Assembly (NCBI GenBank): GCA_043228905.1
Contig: JBHGNT010000871.1
Location: 1 to 14,382 of the forward strand
DNA from: Azolla caroliniana
Lineage: Eukaryota; Plantae; Polypodiophyta
Reading direction: 5' to 3'
Length of the DNA: 14,382 nucleotides
A program made the position numbers and the translations under genes. The notes beneath the pieces are model-generated. The model did not search any database and was not told the DNA's origin. It worked only from the letters and a program-made list of their open reading frames with translations. This document shows positions 1 through 10,123 of the stretch, piece after piece; positions within the stretch are counted from its first letter, which is position 1, and each line of letters begins with the position of its first letter.

Positions 1-1874
1 AAGATATCACATGCTAACACTCAATGTGGCATCGCCACCGTTATACATGGCATAAATTAAAGATTGCAAAAATTATTGCCTCATAGATTCATTGGGTTGG
101 TGTTAAATTACTACATGCAAGTCTAGTGTAACAAAGGCTTGATGATGTACTATATATCATTTAAGCTTTGGTAGAGAATCGAGATCATATAACTACTCAT
201 TGGCTCCTACAATTGACATTTTATGTCAACTTTTTGTTTTAGTTTAGAGTTGAGACACTCTAAGTGCTAGTTTAATGCTTCCAAAAAAAAATGATTTTAT
301 GGGATTGCTTTCCATAACACAAATAATGGAAACTAACACAGCATTGTTGTAAATAATGGCAATGCTAGTTATATTCGCATAAGCTTTTTGATGGAGGTTG
401 TTGGATAATATGCATCATATCACATAGGTCAATGTGAACTAAATAAAAGCATTTCAAATTTTATTATATCAAAGGTAATTGCAATTTCCTAGGATTTATA
501 AGCGAGATTTGCTTCCTACCCCAAAGTTGTCTCTCTTAAAAAATTAGTGTTGTAGAGTTGGGTGCATCTCAAACATTGTAGAGTTTTTTCAACCTAAACT
601 AAAATCCGGTTCGCTAGAATCATATGAAGATTGTATCATAACCATATAATATCATTGAGAAGGGAAACAAAATTTGTGGAAGTACAAACACATTAGTGTC
701 TCCCGAAGGAAGTAAAAAGGGGGATTGCACGTTGATCAATTGGAAAGCAATTTTAGTCATAGCTAACCATGAAAAGTAGAAAACCCATTTGTGAAATGTG
801 TTTTGCATTGGTAATCTTGTAGCTAACAATGGCAATATGTAAAAGCGGTTGTTGCATTGTAAACAAATTTTCAATTCGTATAACCTTAATACTTCGTATG
901 AGAAAATGCATTCACATAATTGAACCAAGTTACGTATGCATACAACTGCATGGATGAGTACCATTAGATCTCAACTTTACTCTTATACTTTTTTAAAATA
1001 GATGATGATCAACCATCTATAGTCCTATTGTCTATTGTGAGGTTGTGCTAAATTTATAAGGTTGATCCATGAAGTTGGTGAGGTCAAAAGTTCCTACCAT
1101 TGTAAGGATTTTTATTTGGATGACAAACCAATTTTAAACACTTAGTAGTTCAAGTGTGCAAGTGTGGAGTGGCCATATTGAATGGTATGTGCAACTCATC
1201 AATGTTACCAGTCCATAAGGTCAATATTGATTGGTGGGATGTGTAAGAAAATGCATCTTTCTTCCCGATGTTATTAAAGCTTTTGATGTTACAGAATTTT
1301 TTATCCATTGGCGTTGAAGCACATACAAGAGTCTATGTTTGCGCTCTTTGTCACCCAACAATTATTAAGTGCACTAATGTAGCTATACTACCATGTGTTT
1401 ATAAATTATGAGTGACATATTTCCTACTACAAATGACATGGTTCAACATTTTATGGTTATCTTTAATTTTTATGTGATCCTAAATCAAAACCTCTCCTAA
1501 TCAACAAGGATAAGTAATCTAAGTGGTTGGCCTTTCTAATTAATGCAATCCTACTTTCTAATAAGTAAATTGACTTTCAAACATGTTCCCAATCAAATCA
1601 ATAGACATCAAATTTTGATTGAAATGAAACAACTCCCAAATTTGTAATAAGACTGTACAATTTATTCTTTAATAGACTCAAGTAATAAATCCACAAAACT
1701 TGGACATATGTTTAATAATCTTAATTTCCAAGTGGTGACAAGGAGGGATCCTCGAGTTATATGTAATTCATGAGACCAACAAAGTAATCAACAATCATGT
1801 ACAAAATGATGTGCTCAAATGCATCAATATTAAAAACATCATAGTAGACATTTAAATGGAAACAAGCAAATCGA

Positions 1875-2324
1875 TCACATCACAATCTGGATGTTTTGTT
1901 GGAGGTTGAAAGCTTTGGTGGGATGGTATTTACCAATTCCAGCGAAGGATTTGAAGTATGTGAAACCAGGATGTGTCTCTTGGTCGGTAATCTCACTTAT
2001 GGGCACCCACAAAAGAAACTCTTTCGCCTTCACCCCTTGTAGTTTCTTTAGCTTCTTCTTCTCTAGGTACCCACTCACTTCTTGTCCATATGACACCTTC
2101 GTCTTTATATCATCGAACATGTGTTCTGTCTTCTGCTTCTGCTTTATCCAGAAGTATCCCGTCTCCTGCACAAAACCCATCTCCTCGATTTCCTCCAACG
2201 GGAGTAACCCATCTGGAAGACCAATGTCTTTTAGCAATGAAAGTGCCTTAGCTACACATGCGTCATGCCCATAGTGCACTTCTGCCCCTACCTTCTTAAT
2301 ATCATTCACTAACATTGAAGCCAT
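1875..2324 (-). CDS. DUF538-family plant protein (SVB/At5g01610-like), intronless, 149 aa
   Basis: Intact ORF with recognisable DUF538 motifs: GAEVHYG, LLKDIGLPDGLLPL, GYFWIKQK, VSYGQEVSGYLEKKKLKKLQGVKAKEFLLWVPISEI and FKSFAGIGK..P..AF. TATA box about 130 nt upstream, AATAAA about 210 nt downstream (1661-1666). Confidence 0.93.
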   Translation of the reverse strand: MASMLVNDIKKVGAEVHYGHDACVAKALSLLKDIGLPDGLLPLEEIEEMGFVQETGYFWIKQKQKTEHMFDDIKTKVSYGQEVSGYLEKKKLKKLQGVKAKEFLLWVPISEITDQETHPGFTYFKSFAGIGKYHPTKAFNLQQNIQIVM

Positions 2325-2451
2325 TCGATTGTAATCCTAAGTTTATCTAAACTCAATGGTCTAGCTTTTTCTATAGTCTTGTCCTAAAATAAAATACACA
2401 CAATATGAATGAACTTGCCTTCCCTAGGAATCCATCCCTTGTCATTTGGAC

Positions 2452-2460
2452 TTATATATA
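2452..2460 (-). promoter_or_regulatory. TATA box of the DUF538 gene
   Basis: The minus strand reads CTATATATAAG, about 130 nt upstream of the ATG at 2324. Confidence 0.65.
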
Positions 2461-2492
2461 GCATTTTCAAGCCTGACTTTATTTGGTGGTGG

Positions 2493-2921
2493 GAGCTACT
2501 TCTCATAACTCTCCCTTATGGGTTGTTCTATCCAAAAAAGTTTTAAGTATGATAAACTTTACTCATATCTTTCGATAAGTATACTAACTAGTAATTCACC
2601 AAACATGTGAATGTAAAACCTTGGCATCCATTGTTGAGCTACTTCTCATAACTCTTCCTTATGGGTTGTTCTATCCAAACAAGTTTTAAGTATGACAAAC
2701 TTTACTGATATCTTTCGATAAGTATACTAACAGGTAATTCACCAAACATGTGAATGTAAAACCTTGGTATCCATTGTTGAGCTACTTCTCATAACTCTCC
2801 CTTATGGGTTGTTCTATCCAAACAAGTTTTAAGTATGAAAAAGTTTACTCATATCTTTCGATGAGTATACTAACTAGTAATTCACCAAACATGTGAATGT
2901 AAAACCTTGTCATCCATTGTT
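2493..2921. repeat. Tandem repeat, 3 x 143 bp
   Basis: Units begin gagctacttctcataact at 2493, 2636 and 2779, and each ends ...atccattgtt. They differ only by a few substitutions. Confidence 0.97.
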
Positions 2922-4896
2922 ACATCATAGCAATGACATTCAAGATAGAGCTCATTTTGGACATCCCCGAACTTGTACAATTATTTAATGCCCATAATTA
3001 AATTGTTATGCGTTGATTGGTTTTGTTTGGTTGGGGGTTTGTTGAAGAACACTTTTCAAACTCATGCCATGAACCCAATAATCATAAAGCACAATTCATG
3101 AAGTTGTCAATTAGAAATATCTAGAAAAAGAGCATATTCCAACAATGAATTGGTGGAAGTTCTTCCTATTTTATGGATGGCGTGAAAGCATTTAATTGCC
3201 AAACTTTTACGTTAGTTAATATCAACATTGGTGCATTGATTGGGTTTTGCTCAAGCAAGCCTTTTTGGCGTTGGATGCAATACACAGATGAAGGTGGCAC
3301 AAAAGCATTTTAATGTTGGCATTTATTTTGGTTGATGTTGATGCTTCGGCATAAATTGGGTAGTTTTTCAAGAATGCCTTTTTGGAGCCACATTCATTGA
3401 ATGACATTGACAACTACATACAAACATTGAAACTCTCCCATCGAATGTACTTCACATGGGTGATCAACAATTTTAAGGGAACATAATATACATCTATAGA
3501 AGGATTATGGTCATGGAATGTTGCTTTCTTGAATTCAGTTTTCACGCGATGATATGTTTAGGACCACCTACATGACAACTTTAGATTATTTCCAAGTATT
3601 TGATGTATTTAGAAGAAGTGTTGTAGCACAATTCAAATATAGCTAGCATGCCATCATTTAGGGAAGAATACCAAAGTATAGGCAAAAATTAAAACATAAC
3701 TAGCCTATTATCTTTTAGGTAAAGATGCTGAAATACTACAACGTGCAAAAGGTTTACCATAATAGCTGGTAATGTTCCAAACATTAGTGAGAACTCCAAT
3801 ATGTTTCATAGTACAATGCTGCATTCCACTCATTTGTTTTTAGTAGTTTGTGTGAGAACATTCTTGCAATTGAGTATTTCATTGATTTGCACTTAGCATG
3901 ATTCTTAAATGTAAATTAGTAGTGTTGCTAAGCATTGTAATAGGAATGCCCATGGACACCTATTTTCCTTTACTATTAGTTATCAAGGCTAAAATTGGAG
4001 CATCAAGCAATGTGATCAAACTACAAATGCTAGGAAAGTGACAACATCATAAGAACAATTCTAATACATGTGACGAACTTCCATGATCGTTTTATGATTC
4101 TTTACCGCTCGGAAGACACATTTTTACATTTCTAACATGAAGCATCGATGACTAAATCACATCTCAATCCACTTATTATAGATGATGCAGCAGAGATGGC
4201 GATTATCATCCTACCATTAGTTAGCTTCAGTCATTTTCACTTCCTTTCTATATTAAGGCAGAACCAAAAAAGAGGATGATATAAATAGCAGTGACAACCA
4301 CATAAAGAGAGCCAGCCAGTTTACGCACCTTTCGACCTTTGCACAAACCATCATTTTGGAAAGATCAATGTCTGTAAAAGAGTTTGTTCATTACAACATT
4401 CTCTCGAGCATTAACATTATGAATTGTATCATTCCAACATTCTCTTGAATACAGCCTCGCATGTATCACATTCTATTCACAGCAGGAATAAAGATGTAGA
4501 AACCCATTAATTCTTCATCCATATTTATGCTCTCTACTATTGAGATTTGAGGCACACTTTAACCCCTGCCCCCCTCCTTAATACACTCGATCACACAATT
4601 TATTGTCTCCTCAATCAAAATTTATAAGTTGATACATAGCACCACCATATATCCATATTTTCTCGGACAAATTCAGTGAAAATAACACAACAATCATTAC
4701 TAAAACCATAAACAGTAATTCATGCCAAAGCACATACTCAAAGATTATGAGCTTATATCAAAATCACACAATGCTATATGGTACCAACTCAAATTTTTAA
4801 GAGCTACAGCAAATAGCCGCAAAGCTATACCCCGTGGAAATTGAGGTTATCAAACTTCTTCCTTTGTGTCAAAGTTCAACATCACTCAAAAGAAAA

Positions 4897-4963
4897 CTAA
4901 TCTTCCTCCTCTGCTTCCTCCAACCATTTGACAAATGGTTCAAGACCCTTCACAAATGTTTGT
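4897..4963 (-). CDS. BZW: BZW last coding exon (acidic/aromatic C-terminal box)
   Basis: gtag|A QTFVKGLEPFVKWLEEAEEED TAG. This exon is not in the ORF track. Confidence 0.95.
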
Positions 4964-7900
4964 CTACAAACAGATGGAAAATCAATTATGTAAGTAAGAA
5001 ATATATCATCGATATAGATTCAATAATCATCAGTGAGAAGAACACCAACAAAATGGAGATTTGCTAGTTAATCAAGCAAAACAAAAAGCTGTATACATCC
5101 TTACTTACCTCCCTTTCAGATTGGAGCCTCTTTTGAACCAGACAACAATGGTGTCTTCCGAAACTACATCCTGATCGTATAAAGCTCGAATAATCTCAGG
5201 AAACAATTTCATAAGCTTTGCATCTTCATAGCAATATGTTTGGATGGTATACATCAATTCCAACTCAAGCTTTCCAGTAGTAGTGAAGGAGCCAAGTAAA
5301 GCACCCCATGTTTTCACCTGTAATGAATGGACATCTCTTCCTCAATCAATGCTAGGCATTTAGTTTTACCGTTTGCTTGATGGCCAAGCAAACTGTTATT
5401 AAATCTTAAGGCATTCAGCTCATTAGAAATTGGTATTCTGGAAAAAATGCAAAAGAAACATTTTGGTAATAAATACACACAAAAATGACCATATTTAAGA
5501 ATCGTATGCATGATAATTGCATCTAACATACCCATATAGAACCAAATTACCAACAAAAAAGTGCCCATTCTAGTGTCTCCTTCCCATTTCAAATTAGTTC
5601 ACAACAACATCAATGTTAGAGACAAATTCGAGAACCTTGTAACATATATGCAAAAAGAAAAAAAAACAGAATTATAAAGACATTACCTGTCGCAATGCAA
5701 GATTGATATTTTGCTGTTGATTCTTTCCTGACCACTGGATAGCATCCATTAGAGCATCCCACACAGTTTGTACCACATCCACATCTGGTAAGGTGGCTTC
5801 TTTGCGGCGTTGCTTCACAGATTCAATAACCTCTGTCATGTCAGTTTCCTCAGAAATCTGATCAGTCAAGCTACTCTTCAATTCCTTCAACTTCACATCA
5901 AAAACCTTCTTCCTGTTGTAGTCAACAAGCTGACCTAACCCTGCTTTGCTGCAACAAAGAAAGAGATAGCACAAAAATCCATATCAAGCTAATGTCCACA
6001 TGTCAAGAAAAACATAAAAGGGAATATCTCCTGACATAAAATACCCATAGCTTTATTCCTATTTACCAGAATACCCTAGGTTTCCAAAAATTACCAGAAT
6101 AACCCTCTATACATATACCATTTTGAAGACTGGGGGGTACTCTGGTACTTGATAAAATCCCTAGAGGTGTTCTTCTGATAACCAAAAGGCTAGGCATATG
6201 TTTTGTGTTTTTCCACAAAGAAAGAATTTAGATGGAACCTGAAATGGTCGGCAAATGCATCGATGCTCCTCTTTTGCATTGGGAAGAACTCCAAAAGGCG
6301 ATCCTCAATTTTAGCACGTTTCAGAAGCCCAACTAGATCATCAAAGCTGTTCTCCACAAGGTATTCTTTAAAGCAATCAGTTATGAAGCCAAGGACAGTG
6401 CCCTTGGCAACAAGGCTGTCTTTTAGTAAGGCCGCAAAGATAGTTTCGGGAGGAAGACCAGAGAGCTTTTGTGAAAAAGTGAGGGCAGTAAATATTGCTA
6501 ACTTTAGGCGATCATCTTGTCCATAAAGTTCCAATGATTGGAGCTGCCTTTGCATCACATTCTCAAGGGATTTTATCATAAACGGGCGGCGGCGTATGAT
6601 CTTTTGGATAAAGAGAACATGTGGCAAAATTTTCTCTCGTGATGGTTCACAGTTCAAGATCGAGAAATGCTGCCTTTCATCTTCCTCAGGTTTTGTTGTC
6701 CCGAGTTGAAAACGACCTCCGGTATACACAACCTGTACATATCATAGTTTTAGGAATACCCATACAACTCCATAAATTATTCATTTTGAAATGAATTCTA
6801 AAAAAATAGTAAAAAAGTAAAATAAACATCTATGCAGCAATTACCTCGAAAAAGGTTTCACCATATCTTGAGAAGTCAAGATCTGAAGCCTCAATATCTT
6901 TGGCAATAAGCTCCTGGAAGCAAACAGGGCCATGATATAAAATTAAACTGTATATAGAAGCATGATGTGGTTTTATATCGATCTATGGAAATATGATGTT
7001 GTATATTTATTTTGGAAAATTCAAAGAAAATATACCAAGTCTCCATCATGTTCAAGATAGATTTGGACAATAGCATCCGCAAAACTTGCAGGATCTAAAG
7101 GAGCTGCTATATTCCGTTTGCGGGTCTTGATCCGCGTGCCACTGAAGTAGAATGTATATGTAGTTTGAGTTGAGGATAACCCAAAAATGAAACACGGCTT
7201 AAATTTATCTAACATAAATTCATCTTATCTAGCATTATTTATTCAACTCAATATATTTATCCATATTTACAAAATAAATGTATATTATCTAACATTATTT
7301 ATACAACCCAATAAGAAAAACATCATATATTTATCAATATTCACGAAATAAGTTCATCTTATCTAACATTATTTATACAAACCAATATGAAAGCAGCAAT
7401 ATATTTATCCATATTTTCAACATAAATTTATACAACCTAATATGAAAGCATGGATATATTTATCCATATTTCCAACATAAATTTGTACAACCCAATATGA
7501 AAGCATGGATATATTTATCCATATCGCCAACATAAATTTATACAACCCAATGTGAAAGCATCAATATTTTTATCCATATTTCCAACATAAATTTATCTGT
7601 TGTGGGTATATTATCCATACATACACAAAGCAAAAATGCCCCATCGTCATGAACGGTTGCCTATGCAAAAAAGTGAATTCATGCAGAAATACTTCATACA
7701 TCTAACGGTATATTGAGAGATTGTGAAATTAAGAGCACACATGGAGTCTATAAATTTCTCAATCCTATGGGTGCGGTGCTACAACTATCAGGATACAGCA
7801 AATTTATGGCTCTGTAATTATGCATTTTACCTTACCTTTTCACAAACTATTACTATTGAATACATTCATCACAGCCCTAAATGATCCTATGAATGCCAAA

Positions 7901-8590
7901 TGATGCATATAAGATAATAACATATGACATCATGAATTACAGAGAATAATTTCAAGCACAAAACCTACTAGCTTGAAAAATGGAAAAACCAAGACTACAA
8001 ATTGAATGTATTTATATATAACAAATTCTAAAGAAAAATTTAAAGAGACTCACCCAAGGGTTGGCTTCTCCTTAGTGCTGCAAAAAAGAACGAACAGTAG
8101 AAGAAATAAGAAATAAGAAACAATGGGGTCAGTTCAACAGAAGAAATAATAGTAGGAGAACCGTAAAAAAACTCAAGAGAAACACTGTAGAACAGAGCAG
8201 ATCGGAAAGAGAAGAAATAGAGGAAGAATTATGCCAAATATGTATACACATACACAGTCAATATACATACATCCCTTACAGAAAAGTAGTAATAGATCTA
8301 TATTGCGAACTTTGCTTTTTCTACTGAAAAAACGGCGATGAAAACAGAGAATTATGGATCTATCAAATGAAGAAGATCGTGGTGGTGGAGGAGATGATGA
8401 CAAAGGAATGGAAACACTGCCGATCTATATAGACATGTGAAAATAAAGCAGAGGGGAGCGAGGAAGCTGAGTAGAAAACAGAGCAGAGAGAGAAGAAATA
8501 AGAAAGTAAAGAGAAACAGAGTAAGGAGAAGAAAAACGTCGTGTGTGTGAGAGAGAGAGAGAGAGAAAGAGAAAGAGATATTTACCTCAT
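4897..8590 (-). CDS. BZW: BZW / eIF5-mimic protein (5MP; basic leucine zipper and W2 domain protein), 8 coding exons, 411 aa: join 8590-8586, 8077-8054, 7141-7036, 6913-6845, 6732-6239, 5948-5687, 5317-5109, 4963-4897
   Basis: All 7 introns are GT..AG with consistent phases. Exons sum to 1236 nt (411 aa + TAG). The protein starts MSTKEKPTLGGTRIKTRKRNIAAPLDP and ends with W2 acidic/aromatic boxes (LYDQDVVSEDTIVVWF; EPFVKWLEEAEEED*), as in plant BZW proteins. An in-frame TAA (8606-8608) upstream fixes the start. Confidence 0.96.
5109..5317 (-). CDS. BZW: BZW coding exon 7 (W2 domain)
   Basis: acag|VKTWGALL...CYEDAKLMKLFPEIIRALYDQDVVSEDTIVVWFKRGSNLKG AG|gtaagt; 209 nt. Confidence 0.95.
5687..5948 (-). 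CDS. BZW: BZW coding exon 6
   Basis: gcag|C KAGLGQLVDYN...QWSGKNQQQNINLALRQ|gtaatg; 262 nt. Confidence 0.95.
6063..6148. repeat. Imperfect inverted repeat in BZW intron 5 (possible MITE remnant)
   Basis: The left arm taccagaataccctaggtttccaaaa (from 6064) resembles the reverse complement of the right arm (taccagagtaccccccagtcttcaaaa, about 6121-6147). A direct copy, ttaccagaataaccct, sits at 6091. Confidence 0.5.
6239..6732 (-). CDS. BZW: BZW coding exon 5
   Basis: acag|VVYTGGRFQLGTTKPEE...LAIFTALTFSQKLSGLPPET...FADHF AG|gttcca; 494 nt. Confidence 0.95.
6845..6913 (-). CDS. BZW: BZW coding exon 4
   Basis: ccag|ELIAKDIEASDLDFSRYGETFFE|gtaatt; 69 nt, phase 0/0. Confidence 0.95.
7036..7141 (-). 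CDS. BZW: BZW coding exon 3
   Basis: cag|T GGC ACG CGG... encodes GTRIKTRKRNIAAPLDPASFADAIVQIYLEHDGDL, followed by donor gtatat. Confidence 0.95.
7204..7596. repeat. AT-rich compound minisatellite in BZW intron 2 (74-bp then ~55-bp units)
   Basis: The anchor atatttatc(c/a)atat recurs at 7253, 7327, 7401, 7456, 7511 and about 7565. Confidence 0.9.
8054..8077 (-). CDS. BZW: BZW coding exon 2 (24-nt microexon, (S)TKEKPTL(G))
   Basis: ttttttgcag|CACTAAGGAGAAGCCAACCCTTGG|gtgagt encodes the conserved KEKPTLG N-terminus. Confidence 0.92.
8541..8566. repeat. (GT)4(GA)9 microsatellite near the 5' end of BZW intron 1
   Basis: gtgtgtgt followed by gagagagagagagagaga, about 20 nt from the first donor site. 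Confidence 0.85.
8586..8590 (-). CDS. BZW: BZW coding exon 1 (ATGAG, 5 coding nt)
   Basis: cagtttATGAG|gtaaat. The phase-2 donor joins exon 2 to give M-S-T-K-E-K. Confidence 0.85.
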
Positions 8591-8737
8591 AAACTGAGAC
8601 TTGGGTTATGGAGAAGCAGAGATGTACTTAACAGAAGCTCTCTCTGTCTCTCCTCTCTGTGTGTGAAGGAGAAGAGCTTGAGTGGAGAGATCAGAGGAGG
8701 AGTAGAGCAGCTGGAAGGAGACAGTATTTCTATATGG

Positions 8738-8755
8738 CATACATACATACATACA

Positions 8756-8787
<32 letters not shown>

Positions 8788-9010
8788 CATATACATATAC
8801 ATACATACATACATACATACATACATACATAACATACATACATACATACATAACATACATACATACATACATACATACATACATACATACATACATAACA
8901 TACATACATACACATATACATACACACATACACATACATACATACACACACACATACATTTACATATACATATGTGTATTCATATACATAAAACATATAC
9001 ATATACATAT
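8738..9010. repeat. (CATA)n / (TATG)n compound microsatellite
   Basis: Long CATA run with CATATA, CATAA and CACA variants, decaying toward about 9090. Confidence 0.97.
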
Positions 9011-9248
9011 TGTGAAATGCACATAAGAACACATGCACACCAAAATGTACATATACATACGTTATTATTTGTATAATACATACAATATATACATTATGAT
9101 TATATTACGTGTGTAAATGGACCCTCTCCAAACTCCTCATTCATTCATTCGTTCATCAACAACAAGGAAAAACCTTCGATCACATCCACTCAAACCTCAA
9201 ACCTCTCATGCTCCAACCATCATTCCATCCGTAACTTCGAACTCGCTC

Positions 9249-9428
9249 GATAAGAATGTATGCATGCCTCACCCATGTATCGAATGGTTCCTTTGATTGA
9301 GCAAGAGTGTCCTGGTCGCCAACCTATATAGCTCAACAAGATAAGAATGTACGCGTGCCTCACCCATGTATCAGGGGTTCCTTTGATTGCAACGGAGTGG
9401 CATGGTCGCCAAACTATAGCTCAAATAA
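9249..9428. repeat. Tandem duplication, 2 x ~90 bp
   Basis: gataagaatgta.gc.tgcctcacccatgtatc...gttcctttgattg...tggtcgccaa...tagctcaa at 9249 and 9340. Confidence 0.9.
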
Positions 9429-9443
9429 TAACGATCATGTTTA

Positions 9444-10123
9444 TTGTTGGATGCCTTTGTAAAGAGACGAGTGTTCCAAGTTATTGCTTGTATGTTTAGG
9501 GATTGCAATTTTTTGTGGGGTATGGTAGTATGGGCTACAGTGGCACAAGTGATGTGGCCATATGAGGCATGCCCAAATGACACGATTATTAGAATTCAAA
9601 GAGGAATGATAATGGTGGTGCAACGAAGTCAAATGGAGGCTCCTTACATGTTAAAGACAATGCAAGAAGTATGGGAGCTACTATGCACCACCACAATGTG
9701 GTTTATTTTAACTACTAGGTGTTTTAAGATGTTTGGTAATACTATTGTTCATCCGGTGGAAAGTGTACGAAATGTCTGGATGGAGATGGTACATACCTTG
9801 AAAGGGCGGTATGAGGATATTAAAGGTGAGACGGATGTTGCAGTGTTGCAACGTCTCAATTTTATTGCCTATTGGAAGAAGGCCCCCTTTCTCACAGTAC
9901 AAAATTCAAGACCTAAATGGTGCTTAGCACCACCAGTATGGTTGTTCCCACCACCAATCACATAACTTGGTTAAGGAGTGGTGGAGTGTTCATACTATTT
10001 ATCCTTGAGGGATGGGACCTAAGGAAGAATGCACCAGATCAATGGTAACTTGATGGTAGGTCAGTTTTTATTGTAATAATTGTTCATAACTAATGAAAGG
10101 ATATTTTTCCAGGGAAAAAAAAA
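9444..10123 (+). mobile_element. Probable 5'-truncated LINE (L1-like): ORF2 C-terminus, 3' UTR and short poly(A)
   Basis: The ORF at 9444-9965 contains VWELLCTTTMWFILTTRCFKMFGN..P...VRNVW, resembling the W.IW..R(N/C)...F motif at the C-terminus of L1-type ORF2. It is followed by about 150 nt of UTR, TAATGAAA and an A9 tract (10115-10123). No TSD was found and the 5' boundary is uncertain. Confidence 0.55.

Noticed and set aside
620-964. 114-aa minus-strand ORF and the surrounding 1-1870 region
   Set aside because: No recognisable motif in the frames I read. It is probably a chance ORF or very old TE debris that I cannot assign.
1891-2274. 127-aa plus-strand ORF
   Set aside because: Antisense shadow of the DUF538 CDS.
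2493-2921. CRISPR-like appearance of the repeats here and at 13899-13969
   Set aside because: These are head-to-tail units without unique 25-45 nt spacers, there are no cas genes, and the context is eukaryotic with introns.
3222-3413. 63-aa ORF in the intergenic region
   Set aside because: Short, with no motif and no splice partners.
4834-5592. ORFs 4834-5067 (+) and 5314-5592 (-)
   Set aside because: The first is antisense to the BZW last exon and the second lies within intron 6. Neither has coding features.
6203-6526. 107-aa plus-strand ORF
   Set aside because: Antisense shadow of BZW exon 5.
7173-7616. Possible terminal inverted repeats (ggataacccaa / tgggtatattatcc) around the intron 2 minisatellite
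   Set aside because: The match is too short and gapped, and no TSD is visible.
8173-8403. 76-aa ORF in BZW intron 1
   Set aside because: Low-complexity translation of a pyrimidine-rich first intron.
8543-9076. Four ORFs with HTYI or MYVC repeats
   Set aside because: These are translations of the (CATA)n microsatellite, not protein genes. They are considered only as hypothetical uORFs.
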